Assembly: GCA_043228905.1 (NCBI GenBank)
Contig: JBHGNT010000016.1
Span: 2,976,001 to 3,040,000, forward strand
DNA length: 64,000 bases
Direction of reading: 5' to 3'
Source of the DNA: Azolla caroliniana
Lineage: Eukaryota > Plantae > Polypodiophyta
Shown here: positions 27,633 to 39,800 of the stretch, one piece after another
Position numbering within the stretch: the stretch's first letter is position 1
Layout of the letters: each line of letters starts with the position of its first letter
Notes under the pieces: generated by a model
Database searches by the model: none
What the model was told of the DNA's origin: nothing
Seen by the model: the letters and a program-made list of their open reading frames with translations, nothing else
Made by a program: the position numbers and the translations under genes

Positions 27633-30614
27633 ATGAACAAACAAATGGGAAGCTCACTCCCTAGCGAAAAGCTAGACCGAAGGAACTATTCATCTTGGGA
27701 GTACAAGATGAATCAATACCTTATCGGCCAAGGGTATTGGAGCTACATCGACGGCGCACAAGGAAACAAACCCGAAATCACACACGCCAACTACCCAACG
27801 TGGGAGCAAGGCGCGAGTCGGGTAATGTATTGCTTGGCAACATGTGTAAACGACCACATGCTTAGCCACATTTGTGACGCCAAGACGCCCAAAGAGGCGT
27901 GGGAAAATCTCAAGAAGATTTTCGTCGCAGACACATCCGCGCGCAAGCTTCAACTCCGGCAAGAGTTGAACAACATACGACAAAAAGAAATGTCCGAGAC
28001 GGACTACACCGCCAAGATCAAGAGCATTTGCGACTCGCTTGGCTCCATCAACGTCAACATCGACGAGGACGAGATGGTGCAAGTATGCTTGGGCGGCCTC
28101 GCACAACGATTCAACCCGTTGAGAACGGCAATCTTGGCGAGAGATACCCCTCCCTCGTTCTTCAACCTCCAATCAATGCTATTGGTCGAAGAAAACCACG
28201 TTCAACCAAAGACCAACACATCGGAAGGACAAATGCTCTTCTCCGATACGGATGGTGCCCATAGACGAGGTCGAAGCGGAAGAGGTCAATTCAACCCATC
28301 CCACGAAGGGAATTCACAATTTCGGCAAAGAAACGGAAGCCATCGAGGAACCTTCACAAGAAGGGGGAGCTTCCACGCCGAAAAAGGTCGGCGAACGAAG
28401 CCACCTACGTTCAACTATTGCGGCAAAATCGGCCATCGCGAAGAGGAGTGCTGAAAAAGACGAAGCGAGTCGGCCTCAACAAGCTGACAACTCACAAATT
28501 ACGCCGTGAACGCGGAATACGCGGACTACGACGGACTCTTCGTGATGAGGCATAGGGCGAACTCTAAGATGGCCTCCGATCCCGCAAACTCCGCAAGCAC
28601 CTCCAACTCCGAACACACGTGGTTCGTAGACTCTGGCGCCTCACACCACATGACGTCGCACCAAGAGTGGTTTTGCGACTTGCGAATGCCGGATCGACCC
28701 GGCTACATAGAAACCGGAGACGACACTCCGCATCCCATTCGGCACATCGGCGATGTCTCATTCGGGAAAGAAGGCGAGCAAACCTGCATCAAGAATGTCT
28801 TGCACGTGCCCACAATAACAAAGAATTTGGTCTCGGTCGGCCAAATCGTGTAGCAAGGCATGCAAGTCCGCTTCAACAATGAAGGTTGCTTCATCGAGAA
28901 AGACAGCCGACTCATAGCCAAGGGATGGAGAGACGGTCGCTTGTTCATCCTCGACTCGAACGAGGTAAAATCGGCCATGTATGCCAAAGGTCTCAAGACC
29001 GAGACAAACATCGAGTTGTGGCACAAGCAAATCGGCCACGTAAACCTCCAATGGCTTCGCGGAATGCAATCAAAGGGAGTCGTAATCGGACTTCCGGCCT
29101 TCGAATCGAAACGAGTCGACCGAGTGTGCGAAGCATGCCAACTCGGCAAACAACATCGACCCCCATTCCCGAAGGAGAGCTCCGCAAGCAAAGGCCTCCT
29201 TGACATAATCCACTCGGACGTATGGGGATCAGCTCAAACGCCGACGCTCGGCGGATGCCGCTACTACGTCACCTTCATCGACGACCACTCGCGCTATGCG
29301 TGGATATACCCGATGAAGAAGAAGAGCAAAGTGCTCTCCCACTTTCAAAGGCTCAAAAGCCAAGTGGAGAAAGAAACCGGCCGGTACATTCGATGCCTAC
29401 GATCGGACGGAGGAAAGGAGTACTTCTCCGACGAGTTCACCTCCTACCTCCAAGGTGAAGGCATTCGTAGAGAATTCTCATGCCGACACACTCCCCAACA
29501 AAACGGGGTAGCCGAGAGAAAGAATCAGCAAATACTCGAGGTAGCACGCGCCATGATGCGTGAGAAGCACATGCCGAACTTCTATTGGGCGGAAGCGGCA
29601 TCCACGACCGTCTATCTCATGAATCGATGCACCACAAATAGCGTGCACGAGCTTACTCCATACGAGATCTTCGTTGGAAGGAAGCCCATCCTCTCGCACC
29701 TCAAGGTGTTCGGAAGCATTGCGAATGTACGCATCCCGAACGAAAGTCGAGAGAAGCCCGACGCGAAGTCGGAAGAATGTATCCTCATAGGATACTTGTC
29801 TGCGAAAAAGGCGTACAAGTGCTTCAACCCTTCGACCCGAGCGGTGCGGATAAGTCGCGACGTCGTTTTCGACGAATCGGCATCTTGGTATAATCCCGAT
29901 GTGACTCCATCCGACCCGGTCGAGGAAGAGTTGAACGCCAACTCGGACGACGAAACTCGGCCAAGTCCTACACCGAAGGACAATCCAAGCTCTACCGAGC
30001 TAATTGGCCCACAAGAGCCTCCACGCGATGAAAACACATCGCGGCCAAGTCCGACATCGGACAAAGGCAAAGGTAAGATGCCCGAATACGAAGTCGAGGT
30101 CCACCCCGACGACCGTGATTCGGATGATTCGGCTCGCTCACTAGACAATGAGTTCGGTGTACCCATCATGAGGACACCAGGAATTAAGAAGGCACTCACA
30201 TCGACAAATGAGAAACTCCGCCGCTCATCACGAGCGAAGACCCAAGTCACTCGTTACGCCTACAACGAGTATATGGCCCATCACTATGCCCTCACAATGA
30301 AGGTAGTGGCCGAACAAGAGCCCGAGGATCCAAGCCTTCGTCACAGGCTTGAGGGGGAGAACAAAGCCGTAGAGAACTGCGCAACGAAGCCGCGAAGAAA
30401 GCCGTGCAACGCCGCGCAACAAAGCCGTGGAGAACCACGCAACAAAGCCGCGAAAACACGAAGAAAGTCGTGCAACGCCGCGCAACACCGCGAAGAAAGC
30501 CGCAAGCCGCACCGATGTCAACGAATCCGAAGGAAGCTAGACCGGACGTTGGACGCCCCACACTTGAGCTTGAGGGGGTGTGTTGAGATATCAAGCTCAA
30601 CTAGTTTAATCTAG
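27633..30614 (+). pseudogene. Copia gag-protease-integrase of element A (in-frame stops; RT-RH deleted)
   Basis: ORFs at 27633, 28506 and 28860 share one frame. Gag with zinc knuckle (NYCGKIGHREEEC), protease WFVDSGAS, integrase HSDVWG...LRSDGGKEY...QQNGVAERKN. No YVDD or RNase H motifs. Confidence 0.9.
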
Positions 30615-31362
30615 TTAGTCAACACATGTAACTTAGTAGTTACCTAGATCGAATCTAGTTAATGTGTTGACCTTAAGCCTTTAAATAGGACCTTGTACTT
30701 AAGTGGGATATTCTAGATCCTCCACTCCTTAGTACATTTAATGTAGGACTTACACATAAGTACCTATGTTCTACCCACACATGTGCACCTTTGCACATGG
30801 GTTGTATATATACCTCATTGTGGGTATTTTTGTATGTTGATGACACTTTTCAATATAGTCAATCATCCCCCATTTATCTTTGTGTTCAAGTGTAACTTCC
30901 TCTCTCTCTCGCTCTTCCTCTCACACACTCTCACGCGCATATCATACTAATCTTCCTGTAAACGTAAGTGTTTGCGGAAGCGTAAAACAGAGAACAACAC
31001 ACATAGAGAGAGAGAGACAGATAGACAGACAGAGAGAGCAGAACACAATTTCAAAATTATATCGAGACTCTGTACTACACACTGTGCTAAGTAGCACTAT
31101 TTATACAAGTCCTCTTGGGACTGACAGAAGTACCATGTACTTCAATGCTCACACGAGCATCTGACACTTACTACGAGACTATAGATACCTAGTAGTCTAT
31201 CCTATTCTAGGCTTCCGATTGGACTGCCGGTTACGGATTGCACCCGGCCTCCACTGCTTGCCGGTTCGGTTGCTCACCGTCATACCGATCCGTTTCACCC
31301 GATCCGTCTCGCTTACCGGCTCCGACTTATTCAGCCGATCCGGCTCCGGTTGAGCTTGCCGC

Positions 31363-34300
31363 TCAACACTCCCCCTCAAGCTCAACCTGAGGTGGGGTCG
31401 TAGTGTCGACCTCTGTGGCAGTCGGTTCTTTCAACTGACTTCTCCTGGCGTCACTCCGCCTTGCTCGCGCTCCTTGTCCGGTCCGGTCCCGTTTGCCACG
31501 ACCCCTTTGGTTCTGCGCGCCTCGACCCTCTCGGTTGGCATGTCTGCTCAATAGGCCCATCTCAGCAGTCACGTTGTTGTGACTCCGGCGCTTGCCGATC
31601 CGTTGGTTTTCCCACGATGGCATCGACTTCCGCTGTGTCCGTGTCCCCTTGGCCTTCACTCGATCCGACTCATCCGGGTCCATCTGTTGATCCGAGTCAG
31701 CTGTCTCCGACTCGTTCCAGCTCTTGTCCGAATGGGTACACTCCGATTTGACTTCCGGCTTCAGGCCTCTCACCACATCGGACCACTTCTGAGTCTTGGC
31801 CTTCTCCATGCTTCCCTCGGCTTCTTCAGCCGGTGAACCGAAATCGAATTCTCCATTCCACTCCGCATCATGGTCAGTACCGTCGTGGTGACCTCCACTC
31901 AGCATGCACTTCTCTTCCTGAGTGCACAACTCTTCTACACAGCCGCTTGCTCCGACCTGTTCGGATGTGTCGACTTCCTTCGTCGACTCGGCTTCTTTCA
32001 TCTTCTTGTCTCCTCTTCTTCCGGCTCTCCTCTTACCGACGAGTTCAACAGGTTTTTGGCCTTTGCCCGTTTCGGTAGAGACTTTGCCCTTGCTTCTCCC
32101 CCTCAAGTGCGGCACGTCGAGATGCTGAATACCAAGCATGTCGGTAAAGTGCTGCAACTTGTCCGATCCGAGCGGCTTGGTGAAGATGTCGGCAGCTTGC
32201 CGATCCGTATGAACATACCGTAGGTCAACTTCACCGCTCAGGACCCGCTCACGCACGAAGTGGTAGTGCACCTCGATGTGCTTTGTGCGAGCATGGAACA
32301 CAGGGTTCCTGGCGAGCTGCAGGCTGCTCATGTTATCGCAGTAAATCGGGATCGAGGTCGGCACCTCGATCCGCAAGTCTCGCAGCAATCACCGAAGCCA
32401 GATGGCTTCACAAGTGGCAATGGTAGCGGCCCGGTACTCAGCCTCAGTGCTTGACAAAACCATTGTGGGCTGCTTCTTGCTGCTCCACGCAACGGCCGCG
32501 CTACCTATGGAAAACATGTATCCGGAAGTGGAGCGGCGATCAGACGCATCGCCGGCCCAGTCAGCATCGGTGTAACCGACAAGCTCTTCGGGTATACCTC
32601 GCCGGTATAGCAGTCCCCGGTCCTTAGTGCCGCTGACATACCGTAATATTCTTTGCGCGCACTGAAGGTGCTCCACGGTCGGATTCTGCATGAACTGACT
32701 TACCATGCCGACTGGATAGCTGATGTCGGGTCGGGTGATGGTTAAGTAGATCAGGCTTCCGACAACCTATCGGAACCGATGCTCATTGCAAGCCGGTCCG
32801 GAGTTGGGACGGAGCTTCTGGTTCCGGTCTAGGGGTGTGGAGACAGGTCGGCAATCCGTCATGCCGAACTTATACAACATATTCAACACGTAATGTCGTT
32901 GTGAGAGCAATATGCCGTCGGGGGTCCGGATCACTTCGATCCCTAGAAAATAATGAAGGTCCCCCAGGTCCTTCATTTCGAATGCGTCCGACAACTGGGA
33001 CTTGACGCGGTTGATTTTGGGAAGACCCGGTCCGGTGATGACTAAATCATCCACATACAAGAGTATGCATACCGGACCGTCAGAGCCTTGCCGGATGAAC
33101 AACGAAGAGTCCGACTTAGAGACAGCAAACCCCAGCTTACGCAACCGGTGCGTGATCTTTGCGTTCCAAGCTCGGGGGGCTTGCTTCAAGCCGTAAAGCG
33201 ATTTCTTCAGTCGGCATACCGCCGACTTGTTCATCTCCGATTGAAATCCGGGGGGCTGAGTCATAAAGACTTCTTCTTCAAGCTCTCCTTGAAGGAAGGC
33301 GTTCTTCACATCCATCTGGTGAAGATGCCACCCCCTTGCCGCAGCAACCGCCAGTACCACACGAACCGTCGTCATCTTCGCCACAGGAGCGAAGGTCTCG
33401 TCGTAGTCGATTCCGTGGGTCTGCGCGTATCCCTTCGCCACTAACCGGGCTTTGTACCGGTTAACAGAACCGTCGGCGTTGTACTTGACCTTGTACACCC
33501 ACTTGCATCCGATCGGTTTACAGTGACGGGGAGGATCAACTAGGTCCCATGTTTTGTTGGCATCGAGTGCCCGCATTTCTTCGTCCATAGCGGCACGCCA
33601 ATTTGCGTCCTTTGCCGCTTCTGCGTAGCTCTCCGGCTCACGCACTTCTGTTACCTTAGACATGTATGCATAATGATGCGCCATGTATTCATTGTACCCG
33701 TACCGCATGACGGGATCCTTCTGGCGGGTTGATCGGCGCAACGCACCGTCACCTGATTTGAGGCCCTTCTTGGCCAGTTCGGTCTTCGTTGCCGAAGATC
33801 CGCCTTTCTCCTTTCCGGAGTCGGATACGCACCGATCCGACTCATCGTTGCCGGTTTCGAATTCCGGCATCTTCCTCTTCCCCTTCTCTTTGCGCGTGAA
33901 CCATTTCCTTGGTTCCTTGCGCGGGGAGAGCACGGCAAAGTCTCCACCACTTGCCGTCTCTTCATCCGACCGGTCCAACCGACTCAGTCGCTCGTTCGGT
34001 CCACTCAACTGTAACGATTCCGGACTCTCATCTTGAGTCCTGGCTTCATCATCCTCTGCCAGGGCTGATTCAGGCTCACTGCCCTGATCTTCCGGCATTG
34101 GGTCGGGATCAGAAGTCGGTATGGAGTACCAAGATGCCGATTCATCGAACTCGACATCCCGGCTAACTCGGACTTCCTTCGTCCGGGGGTTATAGCACTT
34201 ATACCCCTTTTGCTCTTGAGCATAGCCGACTAGGATGCATTTTTCCGATTTTGCATCCAGCTTTCTCCGCTTCTGATTCGGCACATGCACATACGCTATG

Positions 34301-35053
34301 CTGCCGAATATCCGAAGGTGTCTTAGGTTCGGCTTGCGCCCGAAATACAGCTCATGAGCTGACACCTTGTCACCAATGCGGTTTTGTATGTAGACGGCCG
34401 TCTGGACCGCCTCTGCCCAGTAGAACCGGGGCATGCTCTTCTCCTCCAGCATTGTCCTTGCCGCTTCGACGAGTGTCCGGTTCTTTCTTTCGGCCACACC
34501 GTTTTGCTCCGGTGTGTATCAGCAGCTGAACTCTCGCCGAATTCCCTTCTGCTGCAGATAACTAGTGAATTGGCCGGAAAAATATTCCTTTTCGCCATCC
34601 AACCGAAGGCATTTGATCTTCCTCTCCGATTCCCGTTCCACCATCTTCTGGAGGCTCCGGAAACAGTCGAAGACTTCGCTCTTCCGCTCAATGAGGTAGA
34701 TCCAAGTATGTCGAGTATAGTCGTCGATGAAGTATCGGCTCCCGCCAAGGCTTACACTTTGTGCCGGTCCCCACACATCTGAATGGATGAGATCGAGCTT
34801 GTTACGGCTCCGGTTCCGTTCGGTGGGGAATGGAAGCCGGTGTTGCTTCCCAAGTTGACAGGCTTCACAAATTTCGGCTCTCCGGCCGCTGAACTTCGGC
34901 AAACCGAAAACGACTTGTTTCGTTTGCAGATCTTGAAGCCTCCGGTAGTTGACGTGGCCTATCCGCTTGTGCCACAGGTCGATGTCCGACTCGACCTTCT
35001 GTCGTTTCGCGAACAGAGCGGTGCCAACATCATTGGTGTCGATGATAAACATC
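31363..35053 (-). pseudogene. Element B pol: integrase, RT, RNase H and a long C-terminal extension (in-frame stops)
   Basis: One reading frame with stops at 34519, 32767 and 32389. Motifs HSDVWGP, YKARLVAKGY, QMDVKNAFL, LYGLKQAPRAW, LLYVDD, YTDADWAG, RTKHIEVHYHFVRE, ADIFTKPL. Confidence 0.93.
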
Positions 35054-35214
35054 TGTCATGAAGACATACATCTTGGCTTATCATGACATTCATCTTGGCG
35101 AACCAGGAATCGAACCCATAACCTCTTGGTTTACATATTGTACTTTAACCATTGTAATAACATATGTGAGATGTAATCATAATAATTATATGTTTAGTTA
35201 TTACGAGATATTTA

Positions 35215-35338
35215 GAACATTCTAGATTATTCTAGAATGTTCTTGAATATTTCATGATTATATTTATTATTATTATTATTCATAAATATCTAAAATATTC
35301 TAGAACATTCTAGAATACTCCATAAGGGCCTATAAATA
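35215..35338 (+). promoter_or_regulatory. Heat-shock-element arrays and TATA box in the element C LTR (copy at +5054 in the 3' LTR)
   Basis: GAA-TTC-GAt-TTC-GAA-TTC-GAA at 5-bp period (35215-35247); TTC-GAA-TTC-GAA (35298-35315); TATAAATA 35331-35338. Confidence 0.75.
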
Positions 35339-35687
35339 AGAGTCCATACACTCATCACAACTCATTCGGTTCAACACCAGTCTTTAGCCCTTAGCCTACT
35401 CCTTGTAATCTTCTTTCTCATAATATAATCGCATTCCCATTTCTTATCTCTCACTTATACTTTTCTCTCTCTCGCACTCTCTCCCTCTTTCACTCTCTTT
35501 CTATCACTATCGCTATCTCTACCGCTCTCGCCATCTCTATCGTTATCGTTATCTCTATCGCCATCGCTCTCTCTCTCTGCTTCCTACTCAAGAGTCACGA
35601 CAGTTTGAACCGAATATTTCTTTTCCCTTTCTCCAATAACTCTAGCAAGCTTTCTTCTTTATCCTTCTTTCTTTTTCCCCCGCGGTT

Positions 35688-36815
35688 ATGGAGTCGGTCA
35701 GCAAGCAAGAGTATATGCGTGTCCTTTCGGAGCTCGATATGCTCACCACTAAGTTTGTGGCATTAGAGCAAGAAAATCAAAGGCTACTCGGGGATCTTCA
35801 ACAAGTCAGTACTGAGAAAGCTCATCAATATGAGGAGTTATCACAACGGGTTCATCAACTTGAGGCTACTATATTAACATTACGAGAACAAGCGGCGGGG
35901 GTTCAAAACTCCCCAAGGGAACCAAAGATTAGCCTCCCTGCCAAGTTTGATGGTACCAGATCTCTCTTTCGAGGTTTCCTGAATCAAGTTCGTTTGGTGA
36001 TTCAGTTACATCCCAATCGGTATCCAACTGATGTTGCCCGTGTGGGATTAATAGGAACCTTGCTAAGCGGTACAGCGTTAGCATGGTTTGCACCACTTCT
36101 TGAGAAGAAATCACCATTACTGGAGGATTTCGAGGCATTCGTTAAGGAGTTTCAAGCTAGTTTTGGAGATACGGATAGCACTAGGACTGCAATAAACAAG
36201 ATTCGAAGACTCCGACAAGGAGATCGTCCCGCTTCAGCTTATGCCGCAGATTTCCGTCTCTTGGCATGCGACATCCCTTGGGATGAGGCAGCCTTAATGG
36301 ATCAATTCCGTCAGGGTTTGCGTAACGATGTCAAAGATCTTCTTCTTACTTTCCATGAAGATCCAAAGTCTCTTACTGAAGCTATTAGCCGAGCTGTGCG
36401 ATGTGATAATCGCCTATTTGAGCGACGTTCTGAACGTCAACAAATGTTACGCCGCCAACCGGAACAGACATACGCTTCTATAGTCGCCACACCGCCACAA
36501 GGTTCTAGACCCGTTACGAGGGATGGTCCCACTCCGATGGAAATAGAGTCGACACAACGTCAAGGGCCCTTATCAGATGCTGAGAAACAACGACGTCGGG
36601 CGCATCGCCTATGCCTCTACTGTGGTGGTCCAGGACATATAGCTGTGAATTGTCCACATAATCCCAGGCGTCAAGTTTACCAAGTAAGTGCACATGACAA
36701 CCCTACATCAAGTTCTACTATCACTTCTAATAACTTAAGTACTAAGCCTACTAGCCCATGCCATGAGAATAGATTTGATGTCTTGAGCCAATTAGAGGAT
36801 GTGTTAAACGAATAA
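35688..36815 (+). CDS. gag: Gypsy Gag (PEG10/sushi-like capsid with CCHC knuckle)
   Basis: Intact 375-aa ORF: N-terminal coiled coil, PAKFDGTR, LRQG, GPTPMEI, CLYCGGPGHIAVNC. Confidence 0.93.
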   Translation: MESVSKQEYMRVLSELDMLTTKFVALEQENQRLLGDLQQVSTEKAHQYEELSQRVHQLEATILTLREQAAGVQNSPREPKISLPAKFDGTRSLFRGFLNQVRLVIQLHPNRYPTDVARVGLIGTLLSGTALAWFAPLLEKKSPLLEDFEAFVKEFQASFGDTDSTRTAINKIRRLRQGDRPASAYAADFRLLACDIPWDEAALMDQFRQGLRNDVKDLLLTFHEDPKSLTEAISRAVRCDNRLFERRSERQQMLRRQPEQTYASIVATPPQGSRPVTRDGPTPMEIESTQRQGPLSDAEKQRRRAHRLCLYCGGPGHIAVNCPHNPRRQVYQVSAHDNPTSSSTITSNNLSTKPTSPCHENRFDVLSQLEDVLNE

Positions 36816-39800
36816 GTCCGGCCAAAATAGGAGCCATTTGGTTGGACCATCCTAGTTATGTAGAGTCAGTACCTAGTTGTGGTTCCATTTCATCAAATCA
36901 AGTTAGTAGAGTTTTTTCTGCACAAGTCGAGCTTAGCACATCTACAGGTCATCGCGCCCTAGCCTCTGCCCTCCTAGATTCCGGAGCCAATTCTTGTTTC
37001 ATGGATCGCGAGTTTGCATTGACTCAAAACATCATCTTGAAAAAACTCCCAAACCCAGTAGCTGTAGGAGTCATCGATGGTCGCCCTATAGCATCAGGAG
37101 ATATAGTCGAAGAGTCTGAACCAATTCGTGTAGTCCTAGGTAATTTGGCTAGTGTCATCTCATTTAACATCATTAGTAGTCCGGAGCACTCTCTAGTTCT
37201 TGGTCTTCCTTGGTTTGAGTTACATAACCCAACCATTGATTGGAGAAAAAGAACTATTGAAGAGGTCACCGTACAATCCAAGTCTCTTGAAGCTCCAACT
37301 AAGGATCTAGGATCCCCCACAATTTCAACAATCTCTATACATCAATTACGAGAGGATGGAAGAAAGGAAGACATGATGGTATTTGCGGTTTTAGCAACTC
37401 CCTCATCTAGCTCACAAGAATTGGGGGTCCAACTACCAAAGAAGTACATAGAATTCTCCGATGTGTTCGATAAGGTGAAGGCTAATAGACTACCAGAGCA
37501 TCGACCATATGATTGCCCAATTGATTTGCAGCCAGGAAAAGAGCCTCCATGGGGACCAATTTATAATCTTTCGCCCACGGAGTTAGAGGTTCTTCGAGAA
37601 TATATCAATGAGAACTTGGCAAATGGTTTTATCCAACATTCAAAATCTCCTGCTGGTGCACCCATCTTTTTCGTTAAGAAGAAAGATGGTACGCTTCGTA
37701 TGGTCGTGGATTATCGAGGCTTGAATAAAGTGACCGTTAGAAACCGATATGCTCTCCCATTGATCTCAAGCCTTCTAGAACGCCTCAGTGAAGCAAAGTA
37801 TTTCACGAAGTTAGATCTTCGAGGTGCCTACAACCTTGTTCGAATTCGTCCTGGGGATGAATGGAAGACGGCGTTCCGCACTCGCTATGGTCATTTTGAG
37901 TACACAGTGATGCCTTTTGGCCTCACGAATGCACCAGCAGTCTTCCAACATATGGCGAATGATATTTTTCGAGACTTCCTCGATATCTTCATCATTGTTT
38001 ACCTGGATGATATCTTGATCTACTCAAAAACTCAAGAAGAACATGATATACATGTTCGCCAAGTTTTGCAACGGCTACGAGAGTATGGTCTCTATGCAAA
38101 ATTGGAGAAGTGTAGTTTCGACCAACGTCAAGTGGAGTTTTTGGGGTACATAGTCTCTTCAAATGGCATCTCTATGGATCCATCAAAGGTTCAAACAATT
38201 TTGGATTGGCAAACACCACAGTCCGTGCGAGATGTGCAATGTTTTTTGGGGTTCGCAAACTTTTATCGCAAGTTCATCAAAGACTATTCAAAAATTGTGT
38301 TGCCCCTCACTCAACTGACGCACAAGAATCGATCATTTGTATGGAGTATAGATGCGAACTCTGCATTTGAGGGTTTAAAGCAAGCATTTACATCCGCACC
38401 AATCTTAATCCATGTCGATCCAATGAGGCGCTTTATACTTGAAGCTGATGCATCGGATTTCGCACTCGGAAGTGTACTATCCCAAATTGGTGATGATGGT
38501 GAACTGCACCCGGTGGCTTTTCACTCACGAAAATTTGAAGCCGCAGAAATCAACTATGAGATTCACGACAAAGAGCTTCTTGCCATTGTGGATTCTTTTC
38601 AACAATGGCGTCATTTTCTGGAGGGTTCTTCTGAGCAGATTATTGTCTACAATGATCATAAAAATCTAACATACTTTCAAAGTGCTCGAGTCTTGAATCG
38701 ACGACAAGCTCGTTGGGCGCAGTTCTTAACTCGTTTCGATTTTGTAATTCTATATCGCCCTGGGATGCAACAAGGAAAAGCAGATGCTTTATCTAGACGT
38801 TCGTATATGGAACTTCAACCTGGAGAGGCCGCATTTGAAAGCCAAAAGCAAATCCTCTTAGGTCCTGATCGTCTACGAATAATGGCAATGCATACCATCA
38901 ACACACTGGGAGATTCAAGGCTTCTTGATTCCATTCGTGAGCAGATTGCGACTGATGCGTTCGCCCAAGAGGTTTTGAGCCATATTATCCCAAATCGTGC
39001 ATCTAGCTCCCAAACTCAAAATCCTCGTCTAGACTACACCCAGTTTAGTTGGCATGATGGGTTACTTTTTCGACAAACTCTCTTGTATGTGCCTGACGGT
39101 CCTTCTCGACTCAAAGTCATGCAACAATGTCATGACACACCAATGGCGGGACACTTCGGCATCCACAAGACTTTTGAGTTGATTTCTCGCCGATATTGGT
39201 GGCCACGGCTTCGCCATTTTGTTACGGATTATGTTCGTAGTTGTGATACATGTTGCCGATCAAAAAAGCCTCGACATCATCCATATGGCTTATTACAGCC
39301 AATGCCTATTCCGGAGAGCCCATGGAAATCTATTTCCTTGGACTTTATTACGGATCTTCCACCTTCCAAGGGATTTGATTCGATTCTCACTGTTGTCGAT
39401 CGTTTTACGAAGATGGCACATTTCCTTCCATGCACAAAGACCATTACTAGTCAAGAGACAGCTGATTTACTCATGCGGGAGGTGTTTCGCCATCATGGTC
39501 TTCCGGATGATATTATCAGTGATCGGGGTCCCCAATTCATCTCGAAATTTTGGCGGCACATGTTCAGACTCTTACATACTTCTTGTAAACTCTCTTCCGG
39601 CTACCATCCAGAGACTAATGGGCAGAGTGAGCGCACCAACCAAACAGTCGAGCAATATCTACGTTGTTTTGTCAACTATCAACAAGATGATTGGGTGGAT
39701 TTACTACCTTTGGCAGAATTTGCTTATAACAACTCCGAGCATTCTTCTACTGGATATTCCCCATTTTTTGCAAACATTGGGTACCATCCTCGTTGGACGA

